Assembly (NCBI GenBank): GCA_002402325.1
Contig: DHFQ01000128.1
Location: forward strand, 1-47,798
Direction of reading: 5' to 3'
DNA length: 47,798 bases
DNA from: Candidatus Aminicenantes bacterium UBA4820
Lineage (GTDB): Bacteria; Acidobacteriota; UBA4820
Each line of letters begins with the position of its first letter. Positions within the stretch are counted from its first letter, which is position 1. The translations under genes and the position numbers were made by a program. Under the pieces are notes generated by a model. It was not told the origin of the DNA. It did not search any database and was given only the letters and a program-made list of their open reading frames with translations. This document shows positions 1 through 9,651 of the stretch, in pieces.

Positions 1-34
1 GTAAATTAAAAAGAAGAAGGTCAAGTAACAGGAT

Positions 35-310
35 TTAAATTCTACCTTTTAGCTTTAGTTGAAGGATGTTAGAAATTGCAACCTGAGCACTTTGCAGTTT
101 AATGACCCTCTGATTTCTATCTCTGAGGGAAGGAAAATCGTTTGGGTCTATTACAAGACTTCTTTTCTCCCTTAATAGTTTCTCTATTTCAAAAAGAAGT
201 TCTCTCAATTCTTCAACAGTAAGTCTTTTAAGATTAACGGGGGATGGAATAATGTATCCTTCCATTAGAGATTGAGCCATCGCAAAGGAGGAACCACCCA
301 TAAAAGCCAT
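35..310 (-). CDS. hypothetical small protein (92 aa)
   Basis: ORF-track 35..409 trimmed to the internal ATG at 310 (MAFMGGSS...). GGAGG (rc of 319-323) lies 8 nt upstream, and the ATG sits 1 nt after the stop of the upstream gene (312-314). No family recognised. Confidence 0.5.
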   Translation of the reverse strand: MAFMGGSSFAMAQSLMEGYIIPSPVNLKRLTVEELRELLFEIEKLLREKRSLVIDPNDFPSLRDRNQRVIKLQSAQVAISNILQLKLKGRI

Positions 311-311
311 T

Positions 312-848
312 TTAAATACCTCCTTTAACAATTTTAGCATATTCATCTCTAAGAGACAAAAAGAATTTCTGTGCAAAATCTGATTGGTAGTCTGGGTATG
401 TCCATTCAAGGGGATGAAATTTGCCCTTTTTATAAATCAAAGTAACTTCGCCAAATATGCCTTCTCCAAGGTAGATTCTGTGGGAAAAATTCTTTGTGCT
501 GGCAAGAACTATTCTTGAGAGTGAAAGATATCCAGGGTCAACATTTACACTTCGTTTTCCGTCTTTTGTCAAAAAAAAGGATTCAAGATTGTTAGATTCG
601 ATCTTTCTTTTCTTTAAATTATCTTCACCCTCAAGAGGTAAAAATGAGGTGAAAAATTTGTAAAGATGTTTTCCCATTTCCTTTTCATAATAGTCCGTAA
701 ATCTATCAAAATCAAAATCATCGGAAATAAAAAAGGGTTTTCCAAATTTACTTAAAAGAACTTTCATTATTGAATCTTTTTGAACTAAATTTGAATGAGT
801 TATCCCTGCTATTAGTAAAGAAGGCTCTGGATAAGTTACAAACGTCAC
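312..848 (-). CDS. DUF4416 family protein
   Basis: 178-aa ORF. The C-terminal half (DPGYLSLSRIVLASTKNFSHRIYLGEGIFGEVTLIY...WTYPDY) matches my recollection of the DUF4416 signature. Confidence 0.6.
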   Translation of the reverse strand: MTFVTYPEPSLLIAGITHSNLVQKDSIMKVLLSKFGKPFFISDDFDFDRFTDYYEKEMGKHLYKFFTSFLPLEGEDNLKKRKIESNNLESFFLTKDGKRSVNVDPGYLSLSRIVLASTKNFSHRIYLGEGIFGEVTLIYKKGKFHPLEWTYPDYQSDFAQKFFLSLRDEYAKIVKGGI

Positions 849-858
849 TTAACAATCC

Positions 859-1338
859 CTACATTTTATACTTGCCAAAGTCTTCAACGGAAAGGGAACT
901 GAGCCATTTCTCAAGAGAATTACTCAGCGAAGGAGAATTTAGTGAATGGGAAGCCTCGCTTAAAACATGCTCAGCCACATATATTGGTGTCTTAAACCTG
1001 ACTGCAAGGGCAACTGCATCTGAGGGTCTTGCATCAATTCTTACCTCTTCATTACCCTTCTGGACGACCAACTCCGCATAGAAAGTGTTATCTTTCAAAT
1101 CACATATATCAACTCTTGTAAGTTTCCCGGCAAGACTTTTTATAACATTGCATAACAAATCGTGTGTCATAGGCCTCGGAGGAGAAATTGCCTGAAGTTC
1201 AAGCACTATTGCCTGAGCCTCACCTGGGCCAATCCATATAGGAAGAACCCTATCTCCTCCGTCTGTTTTAAGGATGAGGATTGGCTGTTCGGAAATGGGA
1301 TCAAGTAAAACGGTTTCAACAAATAGTTTATGAAACAT
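859..1338 (-). CDS. bifunctional nuclease family protein (DUF151/BFN)
   Basis: LPIWIGPGEAQAI...RPMTHDLL...ARPSDAVALAVR motifs. Start moved to ATG 1338 (MFHKLFVETV) because a sigma70-like promoter lies inside the longer ORF-track extension. Confidence 0.8.
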   Translation of the reverse strand: MFHKLFVETVLLDPISEQPILILKTDGGDRVLPIWIGPGEAQAIVLELQAISPPRPMTHDLLCNVIKSLAGKLTRVDICDLKDNTFYAELVVQKGNEEVRIDARPSDAVALAVRFKTPIYVAEHVLSEASHSLNSPSLSNSLEKWLSSLSVEDFGKYKM

Positions 1339-1356
1339 CCTTTTTCTCCAGACAAC

Positions 1357-1385
1357 AATATAATATTTTTGATAGAAATAGTCAA
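1357..1385 (-). promoter_or_regulatory. sigma70-like promoter for the BFN/DUF4416 operon (TTGACT-17-TATATT on minus strand)
   Basis: The rc of 1380-1385 is TTGACT and the rc of 1357-1362 is TATATT, with a 17-nt spacer. It lies about 20 nt upstream of ATG 1338. Confidence 0.5.
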
Positions 1386-1446
1386 GTGTGTCATATAACA
1401 TATAGTTTTATATGTCATAAGAAATATAGTTGATAGGACAAGGTTG

Positions 1447-1455
1447 TGATATAAT
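1447..1455 (+). promoter_or_regulatory. extended -10 promoter element (TGATATAAT)
   Basis: TGnTATAAT match 18 nt upstream of ATG 1473. GGAG at 1464-1467. Confidence 0.45.
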
Positions 1456-1472
1456 ATTGAATTGGAGTTGTT

Positions 1473-2237
1473 ATGAATGTAACATTTCTTGGAACGGGCA
1501 CATCGACCGGGGTTCCAGTCATTGGTTGTGATTGCAAGGTTTGCAAATCTTCTAATCCCAGAAATAAAAGACTGAGGCAATCTGCCCTTGTTTCTCAAGA
1601 CAACTATTCATTGTTGATTGATGCTTCCATTGATTTAAGGGAACAGTGTCTAAAATTCAATGTAAAAAAAATAGATGCGATACTACTCACCCATTCTCAT
1701 GCTGACCACATTTTAGGGCTTGATGAAACAAGGGTTTTTTCTTATTTGCAAAAAAAGGCGATAAAACTTTTTGGAAGTAGAAATACATTGCAAGGAATAA
1801 GGAGGAGTTTGTGGTACTGCTTTGAAGAGGGTGTGCCTGTAGGTGGGGGACTTCCATGTTTTGAACTGATAGAAGTTGATGGAAAATTTAAAGTTGGTCC
1901 TTTTGAAATAACGACTTTAGATGGTGACCACGGTTTTCAAAAGGTAACAGGATACAAAATTAATAATCTCTGCTATATGACAGATTATAAGTATGTTCCT
2001 CAAAAAACAATAGATATTGCAAAGCACTGCGAAGTTCTTGCAATAAACGCTTTAAGAGAATCTCCATCGCATCCAACTCACCTTACCACTGGTGAGGCAA
2101 TATCTGTCATAAGACAAATACAACCACGAAAGTCGTTTCTTATACACATTGGTCATTCAGTTGATTATGATGAAATTTCGAAAAAACTTCCAGATGGAGT
2201 TGAACTTGCCTATGATGGCTTACAAATAAATTTATAA
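1473..2237 (+). CDS. MBL-fold metallo-hydrolase (PhnP/GPMB-like)
   Basis: HSHADH metal-binding motif, N-terminal GTGTSTGVP, 254 aa. Confidence 0.8.
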   Translation: MNVTFLGTGTSTGVPVIGCDCKVCKSSNPRNKRLRQSALVSQDNYSLLIDASIDLREQCLKFNVKKIDAILLTHSHADHILGLDETRVFSYLQKKAIKLFGSRNTLQGIRRSLWYCFEEGVPVGGGLPCFELIEVDGKFKVGPFEITTLDGDHGFQKVTGYKINNLCYMTDYKYVPQKTIDIAKHCEVLAINALRESPSHPTHLTTGEAISVIRQIQPRKSFLIHIGHSVDYDEISKKLPDGVELAYDGLQINL

Positions 2238-2247
2238 AGGAGATAAA

Positions 2248-3000
2248 ATGAGTAAAGTTATTTTTCAGGATTTGAGGGGGAAGAAGGTTTTGATCACTGG
2301 AGCATCAAGCGGTATTGGACTTGAAAGCGTAAAACAATTTTTAAATCAAGGGGCTATCTGCTATGGGCAGTATAACTCGAATCAGAAACCAATTTTTAAA
2401 TTTAAGGAAGAACATCCCGAGAAATTCTTCAGCGGTAGCTTCGACCTTTCCAATGAAGAAGATTGTGTTTCAATGGTCAGGGAGGCAAAAGAAAAAATGG
2501 GAGGAATAGATACTCTTGTTCATTCTGCGGGTATCTGGACTGACGGCGCAATAAGGTCAATTGATAGAGATACCCTTGAAGAAATATTTAAGGTGAACAC
2601 CTTTTCGTCATACTATCTTGCAAGAGAATGCTCCAATGTGATGAAAAGGGGATCAATGATATTTGTTGGATCGACGGCTGGAGAGAGGGGCGAACCTTAC
2701 CATTCCCACTATGCGGGCAGCAAAGGCGCCGTTCAATCTCTTGTTTACTCAATTGCTCAAGAACTTGCTCCGAGTATAAGAGTTAATATAGTATCTCCAG
2801 GTTGGGTAAGAACTCCAATGTCTGAAAAAACACTGAATGAGAAAGAGGAAGAAATCATAAAAAATATTCCTTTGAAGAGGGTTGCAGAAAGCGAAGATGT
2901 TGTTTATGGGATAATGTTTTTTGCAAGCGATGTAAGTTGCCATTACACAGGAGTTGACCTTTGTTGTTCAGGTGGAGCACTTCTTCCTTTACCAAGGTAG
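2248..3000 (+). CDS. SDR family oxidoreductase (FabG-like)
   Basis: TGASSGIG cofactor motif and the YxxxK catalytic motif (YAGSK). 250 aa. Confidence 0.85.
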   Translation: MSKVIFQDLRGKKVLITGASSGIGLESVKQFLNQGAICYGQYNSNQKPIFKFKEEHPEKFFSGSFDLSNEEDCVSMVREAKEKMGGIDTLVHSAGIWTDGAIRSIDRDTLEEIFKVNTFSSYYLARECSNVMKRGSMIFVGSTAGERGEPYHSHYAGSKGAVQSLVYSIAQELAPSIRVNIVSPGWVRTPMSEKTLNEKEEEIIKNIPLKRVAESEDVVYGIMFFASDVSCHYTGVDLCCSGGALLPLPR

Positions 3001-3058
3001 ATAACTATTCAAAATATTCATTATAAAGAATAAAGTATGTCAAATGATGTATACAAAT

Positions 3059-4630
3059 TTATTCATTGGATTGTAGGGTTTGTGTCAATAATAAAAAGGT
3101 TGAGTCACCAATCTCCCCCTCCCAGATAGGAGATGAAAAATCGCCAAATTGGTTTGTAATTTTGGGGTCTTTTTCAATCAAAAGGCAATTTCCTTGAGCC
3201 AAAAACTTTCTCGCTTCCTCAATTTTGTCCTTTTTAAAAACGGGAGTATTTGAGTTGAGATAATAATTTAAAGAAGGGATTAAAGAAGGATAAACCCCAA
3301 TTTTTAAGCCATTTTCGACAAATGGTTTGACACTCTTTATAAGATCATAAGGGACCTTAACAGAATCAAGATTTTTCAAAAATGGAAGGACAAATAAAGA
3401 TAAGAAGAAAACTCCCATCGTTAAATACCCACAAATAAACTTTTTCTTCTTATAAATTAGTAAGATAGAGATTATTGAAAACAGCGTTAAAATAATTAAA
3501 CCAATAAAAATTAGAAACGCAGAGTCAGAAAATTGTGGAGGCGATTTTTTTATCACTACGAAAGAAGTTACAAAACTTACCAGAGGCACGATGGCAAGAA
3601 ATGGGGCAATTATTTTAATTTCCTTAAATTTTCCGTCAATTTCTTCGAGAAAAAAGGCGATTATGAAAGAGGCCATCGGATAAATTGGTAAAATGTAGAC
3701 ACTCCTCTTTCCAGAAGATGCCGAAAAAAACACAATATATATGACAATAAACAATATTGCTAATAAATATTGTGGTTTTTTAAATCCTTTGGTTTTAATA
3801 ATATACAAAATGGCAGGGATTATTAAAAATATCATTGGAAAGCCATCACCCCACATAACACCCAGATAATAATACCATGGAGCATAGTGGTGCCATGGGT
3901 CAAGATATCTTGTCAAAGTCTGCTTGAAAAGAAGAGTTTTTGGATAATCAAAACCCGCCAGTAACCCTGAAATATAAAGCCAGATTGCCACAAAAATAAG
4001 GCAAAAAATAAGAGGTAAAAAAAACCGTAATCCCCTTTTTAAATCGGTTGCAAGAAATGAGAAAACAAGCAAGGTTAAAAATACGGGAATAACCCCTGCT
4101 GCGCCTTTTGCAAAAATAGACAAAAAAAGAAGAAAAGAGAGAAGTAGATATTTTAAGAAGAGATAATTTTTACTTTCTAATGTCAAATAACCTACATAAA
4201 GTGATCCATAAATTAAGGCACAAAGAAGCATATCTATCTGTCCGAATTGGGACTGCCATAAGAATTTAATATCTGCCAATACAATAAGTGGTATTAACAG
4301 GAGGTTTTTTAAACCAAATCTTGAGGCTAATGCCATTGTCAGCAAAATTACCGCAAGTGAAGAAAGAAGAGATACAATTTTGACTGCATAAGTTGGAACA
4401 CCCTTACTAAAAATTGAGAAAAGAATAGCTATGTCAAAAAACAAAGGAGGCTTCTCTTTATATACTTCTCCATTTAAGTATGGAATCAGATAACTTCCAT
4501 TTTGCTTCATTTCAGAGGCAACCCTCGCATATCTTGCTTCATCTGGAGCCCAAACTCCTCTTGTATTTATTAGCGCAATCTCCAGAACGATAAAACCTAA
4601 TAACAGAAAAACAAGTTTCTTATTCATCAT
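3059..4630 (-). CDS. GT39/ArnT-like polyprenyl-phosphate-sugar-dependent glycosyltransferase (integral membrane)
   Basis: 523 aa with many TM segments. The N-terminal APDEARYA...EKPPL region is typical of the ArnT/PMT family. Confidence 0.75.
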   Translation of the reverse strand: MMNKKLVFLLLGFIVLEIALINTRGVWAPDEARYARVASEMKQNGSYLIPYLNGEVYKEKPPLFFDIAILFSIFSKGVPTYAVKIVSLLSSLAVILLTMALASRFGLKNLLLIPLIVLADIKFLWQSQFGQIDMLLCALIYGSLYVGYLTLESKNYLFLKYLLLSFLLFLSIFAKGAAGVIPVFLTLLVFSFLATDLKRGLRFFLPLIFCLIFVAIWLYISGLLAGFDYPKTLLFKQTLTRYLDPWHHYAPWYYYLGVMWGDGFPMIFLIIPAILYIIKTKGFKKPQYLLAILFIVIYIVFFSASSGKRSVYILPIYPMASFIIAFFLEEIDGKFKEIKIIAPFLAIVPLVSFVTSFVVIKKSPPQFSDSAFLIFIGLIILTLFSIISILLIYKKKKFICGYLTMGVFFLSLFVLPFLKNLDSVKVPYDLIKSVKPFVENGLKIGVYPSLIPSLNYYLNSNTPVFKKDKIEEARKFLAQGNCLLIEKDPKITNQFGDFSSPIWEGEIGDSTFLLLTQTLQSNE

Positions 4631-4922
4631 TTTTTCTTGAATGCTGTCCGCTTTTTTGAATAAGCACGAGGTTTCTTAAATAAATGAAAAGACCGGAAGC
4701 CTGTCCAAGGATAAAAACGGGATCAAGCCTATAAATTGCATAAACTAATAGAATCAATCCGCCAAAAATTGAGAAGTACCAGAATGAAAGCGGAACCACA
4801 CTTTTTTTTGCCTTCTCTGAAGCAATCCACTGGACAAGAAATCTTGCTGCGAAGCATAATTGTCCTGTAAAGCCAATGATCAACCAGAATGTCTCTGATG
4901 TCAAGATAGATAAGAGATTCAA
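4620..4922 (-). CDS. lipid-A-disaccharide synthase N-terminal domain protein (small membrane protein)
   Basis: GQLCFAARFLVQWIASEKAKKSVVPLSFWYFSIFGG...DPVFILGQ matches the LAB_N family pattern. It overlaps both neighbours. Confidence 0.7.
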   Translation of the reverse strand: MNLLSILTSETFWLIIGFTGQLCFAARFLVQWIASEKAKKSVVPLSFWYFSIFGGLILLVYAIYRLDPVFILGQASGLFIYLRNLVLIQKSGQHSRKNDE

Positions 4923-5626
4923 ATTTCTTCCTTTATTTTATACGGCACAACTCGTTTTTTCATCCACATCACAGCAAATAAATCAAATGTTGCGGTTGAA
5001 AATCTGTCGAAAAAACCGTACTTTGTTTTTCCGGAAAATCTTGGTCTATGATTAACTTTGACTTCGCTAACTTTGTATCCCTCCATAGTAACCAGGGCAG
5101 GAAAAAACCTGTGCATTCCTCTAAAAAGTTTAAGCCTTTCAACACTTTCTCTTTTAAATGCCTTCAAAGAACAGCCTGTATCGTGAATTTTTTCTCCGAG
5201 AAAAATGTTCCTGAAAAAATTTCCTAATTTTGAAGTTATCTTTTTGCTTAATGGGTCTTTTCTTGACGCCCTCCATCCAACGACGAGGTCGTAGTGGTCA
5301 ATCTCAGAAAGAAGTAAGGGAATATCTTTTGGGTCATTCTGTAAATCTGCATCCATAGTTATAATTATCTCGCCCCTTGATTTTCTGAATCCAGCTTCGA
5401 GGGCTGCGCTTTGACCACTATTTTTTTCAAATGAGATGCATCTTACCATAGGATATTGTGATTTTAGTCCCTTTATAACAGCAAAACTTCCATCTTTTGA
5501 GCCGTCGTCTATGAAAATTATTTCATAATCATCTGAAATTTGCTCAAAAACAGAGACAATCTCCTTAGTAAGGATTTCTATGTTGCCCTCCTCATTAAAG
5601 ACAGGAATTACTATTGAATAATTCAT
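4919..5626 (-). CDS. GT2 polyprenol-phosphate glycosyltransferase (ArnC/DPM1-like)
   Basis: IVIPVFNEE...DDGSKDGS...MDADLQNDP motifs. 235 aa. Confidence 0.85.
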   Translation of the reverse strand: MNYSIVIPVFNEEGNIEILTKEIVSVFEQISDDYEIIFIDDGSKDGSFAVIKGLKSQYPMVRCISFEKNSGQSAALEAGFRKSRGEIIITMDADLQNDPKDIPLLLSEIDHYDLVVGWRASRKDPLSKKITSKLGNFFRNIFLGEKIHDTGCSLKAFKRESVERLKLFRGMHRFFPALVTMEGYKVSEVKVNHRPRFSGKTKYGFFDRFSTATFDLFAVMWMKKRVVPYKIKEEI

Positions 5627-6504
5627 CTTGATTTTTCCTCAATGTAGCCGATCATTTTATAGATTATTTTGCCAATTAAAAAATCGGGTGAAACAAAGGG
5701 TGGAGATGGAATAAATTCTGTGAAATCCATCCCTACGATGTTCTTTTTGTTTGCCACTCTCCTCAATAAATGTAATGAATCATAGTAGTTAATGCCACCA
5801 GGTTCGGGGGTTCCTGTAGATGGCATAATTGAAGGGTCAAGCCCGTCAACATCAAAGGTCAAATAAACATTTTGTGGAAGAGATTCTAAAACCTTCTCAA
5901 TCCAATCAATATTTCCATAACACTCTTTTGCCCAGAAAATTTTTCCTTTGTAATCACTTTTTATAAACTCTCCCTCCTCTTCAGATAAAGACCTTATTCC
6001 AACTTGAACAACATTCTTACATTTATCATAAATTCTTCTCATAACCGATGCGTGGCTAAAAGGAGTTCCTTCATAACTTTCTCTCAAATCAAGATGGGCA
6101 TCAATTTGTAAAACGCCTAAATCTTCATAAAATTTGCTATGGGCAAGAAAAAGAGGATAGGAAATAGAGTGTTCCCCGCCAAGTGAAATAAGAGTCTTTC
6201 CCTTTGAGATAAAATCTGAGGCACATTCAAAAACGGTTTCAACCATATCTTCAGGAAGAATGCTTTCAAAAAGCAAATCATCAAGAGTGCAAATTCCTTT
6301 AAGGTATGGTCTTGAAAAAAGCTCCTCATCGTAAAGTTCCATATTTCTTGATGCCTCTATTATTGCCTTAGGCGCCTTTTTTGTTCCTTTGCCATAAGTT
6401 GTAGTAATTTCATAAGGGATTGGCAAAACAACATATCTTGAATTCTCAAGTTCACTAAACTCTTCTGGCAATCCGCCAAAATTAAAAGGATAAAAACTGG
6501 GCAT
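5623..6504 (-). CDS. speB: agmatinase (arginase/ureohydrolase family)
   Basis: GGEHSIS, DAHLDLR and FDVDGLDPS manganese-ligand motifs. 293 aa. Confidence 0.85.
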   Translation of the reverse strand: MPSFYPFNFGGLPEEFSELENSRYVVLPIPYEITTTYGKGTKKAPKAIIEASRNMELYDEELFSRPYLKGICTLDDLLFESILPEDMVETVFECASDFISKGKTLISLGGEHSISYPLFLAHSKFYEDLGVLQIDAHLDLRESYEGTPFSHASVMRRIYDKCKNVVQVGIRSLSEEEGEFIKSDYKGKIFWAKECYGNIDWIEKVLESLPQNVYLTFDVDGLDPSIMPSTGTPEPGGINYYDSLHLLRRVANKKNIVGMDFTEFIPSPPFVSPDFLIGKIIYKMIGYIEEKSR

Positions 6505-6635
6505 AGAAACTCCTTTAAATTTAATTTTACACTATTTTTAAAAAGAATAAAAAGGATTGAGGGTTGAAATGATTATTTTGATTATTTGACTTTTTTCTAT
6601 AAAAGTATTTAATATTAAATGATAGGAGGATTGTT

Positions 6636-7136
6636 ATGACGACAAAAGATCCCCATGAGATTTACCTTTTTAAAGATCTTGAAGCAGAAGAATTTGCTAA
6701 ACTTATGTCTGCATTCACAATAGAGAACCATCCATCAGAAAGCCAGATCCTTGTAGAAGGATATAGCGTATTGAAATTATATTTACTTCAAGAGGGAGAA
6801 GTTAAAGTTTTTAGACAGATAGGTTCTAAAGAGATTCTTATTGCGACCTTTGGTCCTCCTCATATTTTTGGTGAAATTGGAGTAATTGACGGAGGCCCTG
6901 CAAGCGCTACAGTTGAAACTGTAACACCCGTTACACTACTTTCTATAGACCGTGATTCCTTCCTCACAATTCTTGATGATAATCCTCTAATTGGTTCTGT
7001 GGTATGGAGAAATATCGCTTTTGAACTTTCAAGCAGGTTAAGAAGGACCACAAACGACCTTCAAGATCTTTTTTCACTAAATCAAGCTTTGTGCGACAAT
7101 CCTCAATTTCTTGAATTTTATAAAAAGTATGGATAA
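6636..7136 (+). CDS. cyclic-nucleotide-binding domain protein (stand-alone CAP effector domain)
   Basis: FGEIGVIDGGPASATVET phosphate-binding cassette. 166 aa with no output domain. AGGAGG lies upstream of the ATG. Confidence 0.8.
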   Translation: MTTKDPHEIYLFKDLEAEEFAKLMSAFTIENHPSESQILVEGYSVLKLYLLQEGEVKVFRQIGSKEILIATFGPPHIFGEIGVIDGGPASATVETVTPVTLLSIDRDSFLTILDDNPLIGSVVWRNIAFELSSRLRRTTNDLQDLFSLNQALCDNPQFLEFYKKYG

Positions 7137-9651
7137 GCAAAAAGGTTCAATAGTTCTTACAATAGCGATAATAATTCTAATTTGTGGACTGATTTCTGGA
7201 GTCGCAGTAGGGCTATATTTAACAAAAGGAATTCCAGAAGTTGATAGTCTTGCCTATAACCTTCCGATGGAAACAACAAAAGTTTATGGAAAGGATGGAA
7301 CCCTTCTTCAAGAATATGGAGTTGAAAAGAGAATTCTTGTAAATTACAGTGAGATTTCACCAAAATTTTTTGAGGCATTGATAGCGGTTGAGGATGAGAA
7401 TTTCTATAAACACCACGGAATTTCAGTCAAAGGTATAGTAAGGGCAGTGCTAAAAGATATTATTCAAAGGAAAGCGGGGCAAGGAGGATCCACGATTACT
7501 ATGCAACTTGCAAGGCAATATTTCCTTACTCCTGAAAAGACAATCACAAGAAAAATAAGGGAGATGATACTTGCTTTAAAAATTGAGAGAAGATACACAA
7601 AACAACAAATTCTTGAGATGTATGCAAATAAGGTTTGCTTTGGAAACGGTTATTACGGAATAGAGGCTGCATCAAAATACTACTTTGGCAAGAAGGCGAT
7701 TTCGCTTGATGTTGAAGAGGCGGCATTTCTTGCAGGCGTAGTCCAGAGACCCACATACTACTCACCAGGGAAATATCCCGATAGGGCAAAGGAAAGAAGA
7801 GACTGGGTTTTATTCAGAATGTATAAAACAGGAAAGATAAATTCTATGGAGTATGAAAATTTAAGAAAAAAGCCTCTTAAATTGCATAAATCACCGATTG
7901 AAAAAGGAGCGCAGGCATATCCTGCTGAAAGAGTCAGAATTTATCTTGAATCAAAGTATGGAGAGGAAGAAATTTACGAAAGAGGCTTGAGAGTCTATAC
8001 AACGATTGACCCAAAACTTCAGGAATTGGCGGTTAAAGCGATAAAGGAGGGGCTCAGAGATTATCAAAGAAGAAGGCCTTACAACAAAAAGAAATATAAA
8101 GATAAGGAAGTTGGTTCAACTGAAGAGTTTGAAGAGGGAGAATCCTACTGGGCAAAAGTTGATGATGTAAGTAGAGATGGAATGAGTGTTTCATTTAGCG
8201 ATAAAAGTTTTGAATTAAGAAAGGAAAATTTCAAATTTTTTCCATCAATAACCCCAGGTATTGTGTTTGATAAGGAAGACCTTGTGCTTATAAATGTTGC
8301 AAAAAAGGAGCCTCTTGAACTTCAACTTGATGCACCTTCTGAAGCCCAATCCGCACTTTTTTCTTTCAATGTGAAAACGGGAGAGGTTTATGCCCTTGTT
8401 GGCGGTTCCGATTTTTCTGAAACCATGTTCAATAGGGTTATGCAGGCTAAAAGGCAGACAGGTTCTGCCGTTAAACCTCTAATATACGCAGTTGCCTTCA
8501 GAGATAGCAAAAATATTTGTGATAGGGAACTTGACTCTCCTACACTTTTATTGTATGGAACAGAATCTCCTTCAGGGTTGTGTTCACAAGGGTACATCCC
8601 ACACGACTTTGACAGGGGATATTTTGGGCTTGTACCATTAAAACGAGCGATTGAACATTCAATAAATATTTGTGCAGTAAGAGTATTAAACGATATTGGC
8701 TATTCAAAAGTAATTGACTTTATGAAAAAGGTTCATATTACAACAGATTTAAAGCCCTATCCTTCAATGGCTCTGGGTGCTTTTGAAATAACTTTATGGG
8801 AACTGACGGCGGCTTACGGTGCATTTGCAAACAACGGTGTGTATGTAACTCCCTATTTTATTCAGAGGATTGAGGATAGAAGCGGGCAGATACTTGAAAG
8901 TTTTTCACCAAACTACGAAGAGGTTCTTGATAAAGATGTTGATTATATTCTCATTTCCGCAATGAAAGGTGTTATAAAAAGAGGCACTGCGGGAAGTGCG
9001 GCGAATATGAAAGGAAATTTTGCCGGAAAAACTGGAACGACAGATGATTACACCGATGCGTGGTTTATTGGCTTTAACCCCAATATTGTTACGGGAGTCT
9101 GGACGGGAAGGGATGACCACAAACCTTTAGGAAGCCTTGAAACAGGCTCAAGGGCAGCACTTCCAACATGGCGAAAGTTTATGGAAGTTGTAACTATAGG
9201 GCAAGAATCAGATGATTGGAAACCATCAGAGAACATAGTTTTTCTTCCCGTTTGCGGCGAAACAGGGCTGAGAGCGGGAATGGATTCCCCCTGCAAGATT
9301 ATCGTTGAAGAACCTTTCATAAAAGGAAGAGAACCACTTGTAGTTTGCAACTCATTGGAACATTTAAGATTGACCTTACCCTATTTTCTTCAGAGATACG
9401 ATTTAAAAAATAAAGATACCATAAAAATTCCCTCTTCAGACCTTGAAGAACTTTGTTCCTTGTATCCATCAACAATAGAAAGAGTTTCAAAAGAAAAAAT
9501 GAAGATAAATTGGGGTGGAGAAGGAAAAGTCTTTCAGGTAGAAATTCTTCCACCAAGAAATGAAAGGGCACCTGAGGCTGTCTTTGATAATTTGCCTTGC
9601 GAAGGTGATATAAGGTGCGGAGCGGAAGTGAAATATGTCCACAAGAAGTGA
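7111..9651 (+). CDS. mrcA: penicillin-binding protein 1A (bifunctional glycosyltransferase/transpeptidase)
   Basis: GT51 motifs EDENFYKHHG and GGSTITMQLAR. Transpeptidase motifs SAVKP, SIN and KTGTT. An alternative start is ATG 7129. Confidence 0.9.
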   Translation: MNFIKSMDKQKGSIVLTIAIIILICGLISGVAVGLYLTKGIPEVDSLAYNLPMETTKVYGKDGTLLQEYGVEKRILVNYSEISPKFFEALIAVEDENFYKHHGISVKGIVRAVLKDIIQRKAGQGGSTITMQLARQYFLTPEKTITRKIREMILALKIERRYTKQQILEMYANKVCFGNGYYGIEAASKYYFGKKAISLDVEEAAFLAGVVQRPTYYSPGKYPDRAKERRDWVLFRMYKTGKINSMEYENLRKKPLKLHKSPIEKGAQAYPAERVRIYLESKYGEEEIYERGLRVYTTIDPKLQELAVKAIKEGLRDYQRRRPYNKKKYKDKEVGSTEEFEEGESYWAKVDDVSRDGMSVSFSDKSFELRKENFKFFPSITPGIVFDKEDLVLINVAKKEPLELQLDAPSEAQSALFSFNVKTGEVYALVGGSDFSETMFNRVMQAKRQTGSAVKPLIYAVAFRDSKNICDRELDSPTLLLYGTESPSGLCSQGYIPHDFDRGYFGLVPLKRAIEHSINICAVRVLNDIGYSKVIDFMKKVHITTDLKPYPSMALGAFEITLWELTAAYGAFANNGVYVTPYFIQRIEDRSGQILESFSPNYEEVLDKDVDYILISAMKGVIKRGTAGSAANMKGNFAGKTGTTDDYTDAWFIGFNPNIVTGVWTGRDDHKPLGSLETGSRAALPTWRKFMEVVTIGQESDDWKPSENIVFLPVCGETGLRAGMDSPCKIIVEEPFIKGREPLVVCNSLEHLRLTLPYFLQRYDLKNKDTIKIPSSDLEELCSLYPSTIERVSKEKMKINWGGEGKVFQVEILPPRNERAPEAVFDNLPCEGDIRCGAEVKYVHKK

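Noticed and set aside
770-1081. 103-aa plus-strand ORF
   Set aside because: It lies entirely antisense to the DUF4416 and BFN genes. The product is low-complexity and Leu/Ser-rich, with no SD. It is a typical shadow ORF.
1206-1598. 130-aa minus-strand ORF spanning the divergent promoter region
   Set aside because: It overlaps the BFN 5' end, the intergenic promoters and the MBL gene start. The product looks like AT-rich translation.
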